Translations under genes and position numbers: made by a program
Source: Klebsormidium nitens
Lineage: Eukaryota; Plantae; Klebsormidiophyceae
NCBI GenBank assembly: GCA_000708835.1
Contig: DF236972.1
Span: 62,001 to 126,000 of the forward strand
Direction of reading: 5' to 3'
Length of the DNA: 64,000 nt
In this document: positions 12,620 to 24,700 of the stretch, piece after piece
How positions within the stretch are numbered: position 1 is the first letter of the stretch
Layout: each line of letters opens with the position of its first letter
Notes under the pieces: model-generated
The model's database searches: none
What the model was told of the DNA's origin: nothing
Seen by the model: only the letters and a program-made list of their open reading frames with translations

Positions 12620-15435
12620 ATGGCTACAAGTTCTTTGCAGGGCAGATGCCTGCGCGCACACGTTGCTTTTAGGGCACCAAGGAGCTCGGAGGCTCAGAAT
12701 TTGAAACAAAATTGGACGCTTTGCTTGCGAAACCGGGCCTACCCTGGGCACAGGAGTCTGCTTAGCAAGGCGCAGCCGTCGAAGCTGAACCAGGGGCGAT
12801 GCATTCAATTGCAACGCAAGATTGTTGCACAAGCTGTTGAAAGCAGCACGGCTGCCCCCCAGTCTGAGACCCCCGCAGCAGAGAATGGAGCTGAGGAGAA
12901 GAAAGGCAGGAGAAGGCCTGGGGAGGCCAAGGGCTTTGTAGAGGAGATGCGGATCAAGGCGATGAAGCTCCATACTAGGGGTCAGGCAAAAGACGGGGAG
13001 GCGCAGGAGAAAGAGACGCAGCAGAAACCACTCCCTCAATGGAAGCCCACAGTGGAGGGGTATATACAAGTAAGGAAAAGTTATTGGAGTATAATTGCAA
13101 ACTGCCTGCAAATGTATGGTCTTGTTCAGATTGGTGACATTTGGCCCTGATAACGATGGGGCATGTTGGCTGCATTCCGGGTTCTGCGCTACTAGTTCAG
13201 ACGCCATATTTGTTACAAGTGAATTGGTGCCAATTCATGAATCCAGATGAACTTGCGAATTTGCTATCTTATGCGTTTGTCATTTAAGCATCACAATTGC
13301 CCAAGAACCCTAGAATCATACATAAGCTGGTCATTCAGACAATCTACACTTTCATCCTAGCGGTTGTTGGCTACTCCATGCAGTTCTTGGTAGACAGTAA
13401 GGCGGTGTATGATACCATGGAGGCGATTGTTGACAAGGCGCCACACCAGAGCTACGCTGAATTCAGGAACACAGGTAAGCAAAGAAGTGGGGGCACCGTT
13501 GTTCTCTTTGATAAAAACGATGCCCCATGCTGGTGCATTTCAGGGTTGAAAAATCTTGAAGATTGTCTCGAGGAGCTGGAAGCCCTTCCTCCAGAGTATT
13601 GGGTGCTTATTGTCTCGCTCCTCCAACCTTGTTATGTAGAGTCTTTGGAATGACTGGCGTATTTGCAATTTTATTTGCTCTTTGTTCCATATTGTATCTT
13701 CTTTTTATGCACACTTCAACGACATAGTCATGTCTTCTTCAGTACAGATCGCATCTCGTACTAAGCCTGTCCCGATTGTCTTTTGAGTATGCTCAGTAGT
13801 CAAGAAGTTGAATGCAACTGAGTGAGGCAAATGGATCTGGAGAAACCGTCAAGCACACACTTGACTAACTTACGGTGTGTCCATGCTTCATACTGTGGCC
13901 TTCGTATAGCCTTTGCAACATGCAAGATGCCACAATTTTCTCAGAACTTTGTTCTATTTCAATTCACTGACTCGTGCTGACAATACTGTGTATACGGTGA
14001 CGAGGCTACTTTGCAGTTGTTGTCTCTCATCCAACTCAGACGATCAGAGTGGTTGGGTGTTGGGGGTTCTATTGAGCAGCTTGCCCAGAGTAGGGAGTAT
14101 CCACTTGCAAACGTAGTATCTGCAAGCGCGGTGGATTGCCTGAGGCGACTGAAGGATAGGCTTGGTTCTCAGGGGTTGAAGCTACTAACTAAAGCAGGCG
14201 TTCAAGCTGTGCCACGGCTTGATTTGGAATTGTCGATCTGGACTTTCTCTTAAATGATCACCGTAATTTCGCAGTTTGATCCTGGATGGGATCCGTGTTC
14301 ACATATCGCATCTGCCTTTCTTTAATGAGTGAATCGTTGTCTTGGTAATCATATCCGAGCTTGGAAAGCACTGGTTCCTCAGTTGCAGATCCTGTGCCTC
14401 GTCTTTGTGTCCAACTAATTTGCATTTTTCGAATATCGTGAGCTCAAGAGAACCCGTAAAAACTTCCTCTGCAGTAGCAGACACCAAGTGCTTTTTCTCG
14501 TTTCTCAGAGTTCTTATCCATATCTGATTTTTTGTTGATTGGGGAATAGATTCTCATTATCTTCATCTCATTTTCAGGGTTGGAACGGACTGGTCCCCTC
14601 TCCAAAGACCTCGAGCACTTCCGCTCCGAAGGCTATTCCATTCCAGAGCCCACTGAAGCTGGCCTCACGTACTCGAAGCTCCTGGAAGAGTTGTCCGAGT
14701 CCAATCCGCAGGCTTTCATCTGCCACTTCTACAACGTCTATTTTGCCCACTCTGGTGAGGACCAGTCCCTTCTCGTTTCGGTAGACCCTGAGGGCAATCC
14801 TACGAGAGGCTCTGACTGTTGACTTTTGTGGAATCCATCCAGCGGTTATGAATGCTTGTTTTCTCGTTGAATTGGTTGACCCGGAGGTGGGAAGGTTGAC
14901 TGAATAAGGTTCTCAAGACTACAGTACGAAGTACTTCTTTGGCATTAAAGACGCGGAAGACCTCAGAATCTGGGAATGATTTTGTAATATTGTTTCGGCC
15001 TGGACGGCATTAACATCACGCAAAATGAGGAATCCAGCTTCCTTGGTTGTTTTCAAAATGTTTGACGAGCTTGACTCTCTTTTGTACATAAGTTCCGTGA
15101 ACGCCAATGAATGGTGTGTGGCAGGAAGAAGCACGTCGTCAAGCTGAACTGAGTTCAATGGAGTTAGTGAAAGTCTGACCCGAGCGAACCGTTCTTTCTC
15201 CGCAGCTGGTGGACGTATGATTGGCCGCAAAGTTTCAGAAATGATTCTCGAAGGCCGAGAACTGGAGTTCTACAAATGGGATGGCGAACTGAGCGAGCTC
15301 CTAGACAAGGTAAAGCTGAAAATTAACGAAGTCTCGAACGACTGGACGAGAGAAGAGAAGGATAAGTGCTTGCAAGAAACGGAGCTCTCCTTCAAGTACT
15401 CAGGAAGTTTGCTAAAGCTGTTGGCCAACACATAG
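12620..15435 (+). CDS. HO1: Plastid heme oxygenase (HY1/HO1 type), 4 exons (12620-13069, 13384-13474, 14578-14754, 15206-15435)
   Basis: [76 protein letters not shown]; GT-AG introns in phase. Confidence 0.95.
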
Positions 15436-16428
15436 ACTACCCAAATTCGATGTTGATAGGGCAACTTCGACGTAAGTAAGATTGCCTTTTTAGGCAGCGT
15501 TTTGGTGTCACCCACTTTCGGGACATTGTTTTGCATAGCGGATGGGTTGCCAAAGCTTTTGAGAAAGATTTGTTGCATCTTTTGGTCAAGATTCGTTTTT
15601 GGGCCCCGTGCCCGGAGGATGGTCGGATGATTGTTCTTGACCAACAGCACCAGTGGACGATGTACCGCTTTCAAGTGCGTCTGATTGATTCTTCGATTTT
15701 CCAAGGCATGCATGAGCGGAGTCTGGTCGGAAATGAACAGCTTTTGTGTCGCCCAATCTCATACCATCCACCCACCCGGTGTCATGTAGGTTCGTGTCCT
15801 TTGTGTAGGTAGTTTGTATATCTTGTAAAGTTGCATGCAAATTATCGGCATGCCAATGCGGAAACTTCCTCTCATGGTGTTGTATGGTTTTCACTCATCA
15901 TATGCGACACCGATCACCATGCAAGTCCATATGGCGCATGCATTGGTAACCCTCACGACCCGGCGCCCTTGACAATTAAACGCGTTGGACGTCTTGATTA
16001 GAAGCTACGTGCATTTAATCGCGATTATCGAACAATATAAACCAACAGGATTTAGCTGCACTTCCGTTCGGGATTTAGCTAGTATATACAATGATACGAC
16101 GCGACTCAATTAAAATCTTGAAACTTAGCGAGCGCTAGCTCGGCCGCCGGTCCGACGCCCGCGGCCCGCGGAGTTATGCAGTTGGCGCGACCTTGCATTT
16201 CCACCCAACCCATCCCGGTCAGTCTACCGGCCACCCGGGGGTCAGCCCATCAAGGCATAGGCTATGAGCCATAGGGCCCCCATGGCGCTTCCACAGGGGC
16301 TCAGGGCCTGCCGTTACCGAGCACTTGCGGGCACTGTTCCCGTTCTCGCGAGCAATTGGTAAGGAGTGTGCCAGGCGGACCGTGGACGTCTTCGTATGCT
16401 CTGGCCATTGCCAAGCTTAATCCGACTC

Positions 16429-16840
16429 CCGTACCGCCATACTCAGTTCGCACTTAATTAATTCATTTTTAGGTGGTGCGGAAAAATAAATTAATTCCAG
16501 AACAGCTGGTGCGAAAATGGAAATACTACCTAAATTATTGAGAAAAGCGAGCACCAAGAAAAAGGTATTATCAAAGCCCGAAAATGTGGGGATTTTTGAA
16601 GAATCACGCTGTCGGCAGGCTTTTGGCTGAGGGCGAGGCGAGAAAAGGACTATGGAGCAGGGATAAGGATGTGAAACTGCAGGCAAATGGCAGGCAATAA
16701 GCTGGGAGCAAAAACCAAATCTTTGAAGTGCAAAAACTTGAAATATGGAAAATAAATTCCGACACCCAAGTGCGAAAAGGGAAAACGAAAGAAAATAATT
16801 CTAAAAAAGGGGGTGGTGCGAATTGAGTATGGCGGTACGG
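16429..16840. mobile_element. MITE-like non-autonomous DNA transposon (~412 bp)
   Basis: ~26-bp TIR CCGTACCGCCATACTCA(G/A)TTCGCAC with one mismatch, AT-rich non-coding interior, TC on both flanks. Confidence 0.75.
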
Positions 16841-17182
16841 TCCCTCTCAGCCTCGATGAGCTGAGGAGAGCCCAAAGGGTGGATTTCTCCGCCTTGGCGA
16901 TTCACTCTCCGATTCCTTGGAATTCCAGAGATTGACCGCACCCTTCTGTTATCACCTCTCGGCCTCTCTGCCTTGTATAAGCGAAGGATTCTCCTAGTGA
17001 AATTCGCTTCCGTTTACAGCTGGCCGCGGCAGGGTGCCTTCGGCACTGGTCACCTTCAATGAATTGCCGGTTAGGTCCAGATGAAACAGCGGTTCGTGGC
17101 CAGAACTGACTACAAGTTAAGTGCTTCCGCCTAGCCCTGCGGTGGCAGCACAAAGCGCCTTCCTTCTGGAGCTTGAGGGGCG

Positions 17183-20057
17183 ATGATGGAGTTGGTTTTT
17201 GAACGATCAGACAATGGGCCATCCGCAACGTTCCTTCTGGCTGAGGATGCCAAATTTGTGGACCTTGAACAAGTGGCACATCGCTTTGGTCTTCAGAAAG
17301 GGTTGACGTTTCAGACTGGAGAGAACACTATCACCATTGAACCAAGGCTGATATCCATTGACAAGTTGTATGAAGCGTGCAAGGTGGAGAGGACATCACC
17401 CTTTCGGGTCATCATTGGTGAGATAATTTGCTGTCCTTGACAAGCTGCTGCTGATGGCTTCACTTTCACTTGAATACTATCATGGTGGTATTGCTGAAAC
17501 GCAATGACGTCAACTCACAGAGTCAAGTTAGAAGCGGGCCTGAACAAGGTGGTGTTCTGCAACTTCATGCAGCCTTCCTGCTGTGACATGCTATCATGCT
17601 TTCTTGCAGATGACAACGGGCAGGAACGGGTGACACCCGTTTGTTTAACGGTTCTGAAGAAACAAAGGACGTGGCCAAGCCGTCCATCTTGGGAGCAGGT
17701 GGTTGCGTGGGTTCAAGAATTGAATGAAGACCTTGTTGGGCATGACATCTCCGCCAGCACAGCCTGTAAGCATAATTTCAGATGGCAGATTCGTTTCTCT
17801 GCTCCTGAGTGTGAAGCCTCACTTTGTTCCTTGCTGATCATTGCCAGCAGTATGCGTGATGCAGCTGGCATGAGCAGGTTCATGTCCGCTGCCTGATTCT
17901 GTAATTGCCTGCTGACTGAGTTTGTGACCACTTTTGCCTGTTGGAGACTCGGTAGATCTGAGAAGAGGCCGGTGGCATCATGCAGGCAAAGACCACGTGA
18001 GAATGGACGTGTCATCTCAGGAGGTCTTTGACCAGATCTTGGACCTGTATCTTCGGGCTGAGCTTGCCAGTGACAGCAACCTGAAGGTGCTTGAGGTCAC
18101 GCTCACAATCAAGAAAGGACCGTTGAAAGCATTCTCCAAGTTTGTCGGTGACCGGGGTGTCCAGGTGGGTTGTTCCTTCTGCTATTAGGATCAGCCATAT
18201 GATGCATTGGAGAGGCCTCTTTCACTAAGTAATACTTCTTTCTCCCTCAGTAGAGGTGGTCTCTCGCAGATCAAGATCGGAGATGACAGGTGTGGGTTCT
18301 GTGGTTGCAGAAAGGACGCACATGCTGGCGATGGATGATTTTCTTGTAGTCGAAGTGATGTGGCATTCAATTATTTGCATCTCGCGTCTGGCTGTTCCCT
18401 GCAGGATGGTATGAAAGTGCTTCTTGGAACTGCTTACGACCTGCGACAGCAGAGTCACATCCAGCCAGTTGAGGTACCGGAGCTTGTACACTACCCGCTT
18501 TACTCGCTTGAGCCTCACTTGAACACCACAGTTCCAAAGGAGTTTACTGGAGGGGAAGTAGACACGGTAAGGTCTACTCCCCCTCAGCCACCACGTGACG
18601 CTTTCTTGTTGGTTGCTTCTGCCGCACTTCTCAGCTGTGTTGCTATTGAAAGCTTCAAATGTCCAGTGGCTTTCCTTTCAGGAAACATTTCAAGTATCTT
18701 CTGACATCCTTCTTGTCGACGTCTTTGTTTGCAGATCGATGGGGTGATCAATGTGGCAATGCGGCATCTTGCCGCTGCGCTTGCAGCTTGCCGGCCATCA
18801 AATGCACAGACGGTAAGCACGCACAGACACCCTCCATCTTTTGCTCGAAGGAGGCCTGTAAGATCTGGTTGTAAGAAAAACGGAACCCCACTGTAGGTTT
18901 CTGAGCTGGCAGTCAATTCTGCTTTGCCATTGTCCGTTGGTGGGATTACAAAATCATTTGCTGGTGGCATTGTCAGCCGATGTGTGGATTCTGCCAGAGG
19001 TGTCTGCCTGGTGTGCTACCAGATGTAATTGAGCAACCCCAAGTTGCTGATGCAATGCTTGGTTCTGCGTTCAGGAGGCAACAAAAAGGGCCTTCATCGA
19101 CCCCATTCTGATCCTGGTCTGCATCATTGTCGTCACCCTCTTGGAGTTGGAGTCAGGGACGATGCAGCTGTGCATGGAGTTCAGTGTTGAGAACTCGACC
19201 AACGGGGGGAAGATTGACTACGTCTTCCGCCTAGTCATGGTATGTATTTCTGCCCCCTCGTCATGGTGTCTATGTGCATTGTTGCTTCTCTCTACGAACC
19301 GTGTTATGTACTGTTCTATTTCGGGCGTCTGAAATGAAGCCCTAAGCTTCCTCGGATTTTGTTGGTCGTCCTTTATGTTGATGGCCTCTTAGATAGTCTG
19401 ATACTGCCAGCGTATTCGAGATGTTGCTGTGAGGGCTTTACCGCCGATTCAATATCTTGCATTTTGGAGCCCTCTAAGGATTGTTTCGAAAACCCTTTGC
19501 TGAAGGTTTACTTCAAGAATGCAGGCTCTGATTGGTCTAGTAGAGGCCAAGGGAGAGGGATCACTCGTCACATATAGAGGGCAGGCGCTTGTGGAGATGG
19601 CTGCAGTGAAGCAAAGCACCATCAAGGAGGGGAACAAAAGGAACTACGATGCGACAAAAACCCCGGTGCGTCAAATATTTGTGCGGGATTCTCTGATTTC
19701 ATTCTTGCAACGTGGGAGTTTGGCCAATGGTGAACATCGAAATGCAGACTGGATCTGGAACAAAGCGGTGGCTGAAGAGCTTACTGATGCTATTGACGAA
19801 GCCCGAATTCCTTTGCTTTGCAGGCCACCTGCGTCTTGACCAACTCCACTGACTGGGAATTTTACGTCCTGACCCCGGATGAAGAGCCTCCTGTGACCTT
19901 CCGGCAGATTGCTACGCCCACAGATAGCATGCTTTGGCTGGATGTCAAGAAGCTTAGGGCGAGGTATATGCCCGTAATCGAGCAGCTGGTGGCCATCCTG
20001 ATGGTCGAGACCCAGAGAGTACAAGAACAGGCATTCAAGAAGCCTAGAGTTGTTTAG
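17183..20057 (+). CDS. Crinkler/CR-REase-like PD-(D/E)xK endonuclease-fold protein, ~450 aa, 8 exons (17183-17417, 17610-17765, 17986-18164, 18405-18566, 18735-18812, 19075-19239, 19525-19665, 19824-20057)
   Basis: Spliced product reads EATKRAFIDPIL...EFSVE...GGKIDYVF...GLVEAK...GQALVEMAA...CVLTNSTDWEFY, the motif order of restriction-endonuclease-fold effector domains; all junctions canonical and in phase. Confidence 0.72.
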
Positions 20058-20767
20058 AACCTTGAAAGTGCATGCATTGATGATTTCGGTTCATAGCAGC
20101 GGGCACTCGTTGTCGAAGAATTTCAATATTCAAGTAGCCTGAGGTCCATGTATACTTGAATGGACATGGCCACTTTCTCACTTGTGAGGCCAGATAGATG
20201 AGAAGACTGATCCCTTCTTGTGTTTTGCTGCAAAGTTGACCCACCATTGCCAAGTGTATGGCTCTTACTATGTCATTACTTTGGGTCAAGTGTCAAATAG
20301 TCCATCAAATGCCTTTGATGGAACGCGACCCATGTTTGGTTTGAACATGGATGCAAGCAGATATCGGGCCAGCTGAGGCATGGGTTTTACGGACAAAGTT
20401 TAAGGCCTTGATAAGCAGGCGATGCAATTGTTTTCGAAGACATGTTATCGTCGGTTTTTGGAGTCTGCTATTCGAGTGAGTTCTGGATTCTACTTGCATG
20501 ACACGATATCCCACCATATCCCAATTGGCTTAGACTTCCATTGAAGGACTCCCGCATTCCTTCGTCTCTCAAAGGGTCCGATTGAGTCCGGACACAGAAT
20601 ACAGTTATAGCGTTGTAGAGAACAAAGCATTGGTGTTTGACGAAGACCTTTCTTCTTGGGTCCTTAAGACCATTCTCCGATAAGATAAGAACTTAACCCC
20701 ATTCGTCCCCATCATTGTCACTTGCAAAAACTCACATGCTGTGAGATATATATGTGCACATCAATAG

Positions 20768-20972
20768 GCATCAAAGCCCGCACACAAGGAGACGGCCGCC
20801 CTGGAAAATCTTGATGTCTGGCCAAAGCTAGAGCGGAACGTTTGTGGTGATGAAAGAAGAAGTCGGTTCCAAATGCATTCGAAAGTGATGTGGTTAGACC
20901 GCTTTTGCGATCTTAACAAAGAGGTTCAGTATGTTCGAAGAGGCGACGTCAAAATGCAGGTGCTTTCTCCCG
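20768..20972 (+). CDS. Isolated candidate exon of unknown gene
   Basis: Open frame ASKPAHKETAALENLDVWPKLERNVCG...VKMQVLSP bounded by atag| and |gtaagt; partner exons not established. Confidence 0.3.
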
Positions 20973-21792
20973 GTAAGTACTCCTCTACACAAATCGTATG
21001 TGTTTGCATTGCGTATTGGAGCTAGCCTTGACGGTGTGATGTTCACGTATAATTGCGTCAACTCTTAGTGGCCCGCCCTCCGGTCACAATCTAGCCGAAT
21101 CCGGGAGCTAAGACTCAACAGCATCAGTCAATCAGAAGCCAGTAACCGTTATCGAGTTTCAAGCCAGGGGTTAGAGCCGTTATAACAATAATCTAACGGT
21201 AATAGTGAACCGAGCAGTAAAATCTACGGTGATGTATGAATTAGGTTGTCTACGTGCAACAGCTAGCCCCCCCCTCCCAAAACATTTGCAACGTCCTCGT
21301 TGCCGTGTACAATTTCAATGCTGTAGTCAACCCAATGTGCGTCGTGCCGTGGTTGCCCCCCGGAAGCGAACCAAGATTTGGGTTTTTGGTAAGCCCCGGC
21401 CCGCGGCGCACATTGCGCGTGTCGATAATTTCGTCAACTGGGGGTGACCTAGGCAATCCCATCCCCAGGATTGCCCGTCGGATAAGCTATCCGCCATAAG
21501 GGCCCGGTACAGGTCCAAGGGCCCAGCACTTACCATTACCACGCTGTGGACAACCGTTCCCATCCACCAGAGCACATCCACCAGAGCACTCCCTCCAGGC
21601 CCTGGGCCAGGCCAGCAGCCAGCAGGCCAGACACATCATAGCAGACTCAGATTTCAGGTCACCAGGTATATGTGCGCACACAAGGTGGCATTGGCAAAGG
21701 TCTGGCTTCCTGGTATGCTGCCCAAGTGTCCTTCTAGAAGCAAGAGGTTGCTTCTCTGAGTCAGCGGGGAGTCAGCATCTGGTGGCTTGGCA

Positions 21793-24700
21793 ATGGCGCT
21801 CCCTGGCGTCCTTTGGGAGCTTTCTGAGCTCGATTTGATGGGGGTGAATGGTCTCCACCTTCATTTCTTGGAAGAACAAAGGGTCAATTTCTGGAGGGAG
21901 CTCTTTGGCGAGCAGGAAAGCTGGCAGTCTGTGGTCAGTGCGACATGTACGCAGGCGTCTGGACATGCTCAAGTAAGAGCAGCTTGCCTTTCATTTCTTT
22001 GACAGGAGGGCATATGCTGTGTACTGCAGGTGAATGCTTTCAGGCCACAGTGTTCTGAGAGCATGTTTCTTTTCAGCTCGAATAAATCGCTTGAAGAACT
22101 CGTATCAACATCTTTACATGCATGCATGCATATGCGTTTTGAGAGGTGTCTACAATATGGGGCTTGGTCAAAGGAATCCACAGTCTTTGATTTGAAACTC
22201 AGGCTAAACTTAGGAGTGTTGAACTTGTCATTCTCCGTGCAGGCTGATTGCTCTGCTTCAGCGGAGTACGTGGACAGCAGCGCTGCGCACCAGGCTTCAG
22301 GGTAAGTTTGTGCTTCCCTGGCCCCTGAGTACTTGCGCGCTTGCGGGTTTGTGCTTTTAGGTGACCCTTCCCAGCTGATGATTTACGTCTGTCTTCCCAG
22401 AGTTCAATCTTGCTCATGCGCCCTCGAAGGAATCTTCTCAAATATTGTCTTCTCATGTTTTGCAGTGGATGGCAGAAGAGGCTGCACCACCGCAGCAGGA
22501 GTCGGCAGCCTCGCTGTGTGATGGCGAGAAAGGCGCTCCCGCTGCTGAATTGCTGCCTTCCACTATGGTGAGCTCACCAAACCTGATGGCTCAGACTCTG
22601 CTGCGTGGGAGGAGCGCACAGTCAGATCCTGGAATATGACAGGGACCAAAGAAGCGACAGGCGCTGTACATGCAGGGTGTTGACAATTTGCATTTGGCTA
22701 AGGAGCTCAAATGCATACATCTGTGGGTGCAGATTGTCAGCCCCATGCCGGGTACAGCCTTTCTTCATGTCGTAAAGGGGCTGCACGAAGTCAAACAGGT
22801 GTGCGTGCTCAGGATGGAAGTTCGAACTCAGTTTTTTTCCTGGCTTCCAAGGGTTTGGCAGGCACACCTTGCGGATTGAACGGGTCCGCACGTTGTTTCT
22901 GGTACTGAGGAATTGACGCTTGCACCATTTGCAAGGTGTGGGCCAAACGCGAGCCCGGCCACAGCTTGGCTTCTGGAGTTAGCAGGCAGACTTAATCTGG
23001 GTCCACACGCTGTTAGTGGTTTTCAGCTCTTGCGCGTGCTACAAGGTATGGGCTATAAGCAGGCCACACCACACTTCAATCCTGAAGCAGATGGCATGCA
23101 CTCCCTCCTTGCCTTTCTCTTCCTGCTTGGTGGACCACACCTTGTCATTGATTGATTGGAACCCAGCTTTTCTTGTCTGAGATGCACTTACAAGGTGTGG
23201 TCCCGCAAGTAACCCCGGCTGTTCCCTGTAGTCTTTCAGACTGTTGATGATGGCAACGGCAGCACAGAGTTGCAGGCTTGTGGTTTTGAAAGGCAACGAT
23301 GGATTCTCGTGTTTCGCTTTCCTTATAAGGCTTATAGAGAGGCTCTCTCTTTGACGCATCTCGGTTCTGGCGTTGATGCAGGTTCCTTCAGCCAGCTCGC
23401 CGCTCGCGGATGCCAAAACGCCGTCTGCAATCAACGTGCTCGTGGCGAGCACGGTCACAGGTTCGATGAGCAATCCCATTTCTGCACCGGATGAGGTGAG
23501 TCCCGCAACGGCCGTTGGAAGCGGCAGCCCTACAGGCCAGGGCAAACCCATGTCAGGACATGACGCAGGTGCCGCTCATGCAGCTTTCCGGCTGCCCTCT
23601 CTTGAGTTGAGCAAGCCCATACAATGGTTTCTTTTGTCCACGCGGCTTGCCCAATATGCCTCAGATGTGGTTCTTAGGCCTGGAAAGGAATGGGCTCAGG
23701 ACAGTTCTGGTCAATCTGAACATTAAAACTTGCCAACGCGGGAAGTGAAGCCAACTGAGAATCCAGCAGTGTGATCCCTTGCCTCGGCACACAGCTTGAA
23801 GGAACGATACCACGTGTTGTGCTCGCGAGGGCTCACCAAAATCTGACCTCGAATCTCCGTCAACATACTCCTATGGTAATTTAAGTTCACCAATCGTCAC
23901 GTCAGGAAACAAGTGCAGTGTGAAAGACCGTTGCACCCCGTTTTCAAATTTGTTGGACCACATGTTATAGTGGGTTCTTAGGATTCAAGTCTTGCGCCAG
24001 GTACAAGGTTTGGGCTTTAAGGAAACGCAGCCAACAAGTGGCTTTTGTTGGACGGGTTGCAGTCATGCGTAATTTCTGTTTTTGAATGGGTCCACACGTT
24101 GTGAGTGGTACTTAGGAATCCTGTTTCAAGCCACATGCAAGGTGTGGGGCGATAAGCAGGCCCGCCATGACAGGCATGCAGGTCTGAGTCACTCTTTCCA
24201 ACTTGGCCTATGGGCGCTTTGAAAATACCGGCTTTCTCAAATCCTTTGACTCAACGACAACCTCCGCAGGACTCATTCGGTGCACCCGGCAACAATACTC
24301 CCCCGTCGTCAGCCATCAGAGCTTTCGTGGCAAGCGCGTCGCGCGGCTTTCTCACCAAGTCGAAGAGAGGCCACCGCATCTTCCGGAAGGTGGCGGGGAC
24401 CCTGTGCCAGCGCGCTCGCGAGGAGCTCGGCGCTGCAGGCCTCTTCTGGTCGAAGGCTGCCTGGGATGGGGGGCTGCATGCCGCAATGGCTGGCCTCCAG
24501 GCACTCGCGGGCACTGCAGACGCGGGCCTGCAACACGGATTCAAAGAGGTTTTGACTTTTATCACGCAGGCCCACCTGGAGGGGCTGCAGCAACCGGCAA
24601 GCGCCTCCCGTGGAGCTCACAAGACTGCCGCAAGCCGAGCGCACACGAGCCCAGCGGCCACAAAGCAGGCCTGGTCGTCAGCTTGTGGCGCATCAAGGAA

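Noticed and set aside
13475-14577. Possible echo acceptors in HO1 intron 2 (CAGGGTTGAA near 13543 and 14170)
   Set aside because: Matches of only ~10 nt; not distinguishable from chance by eye.
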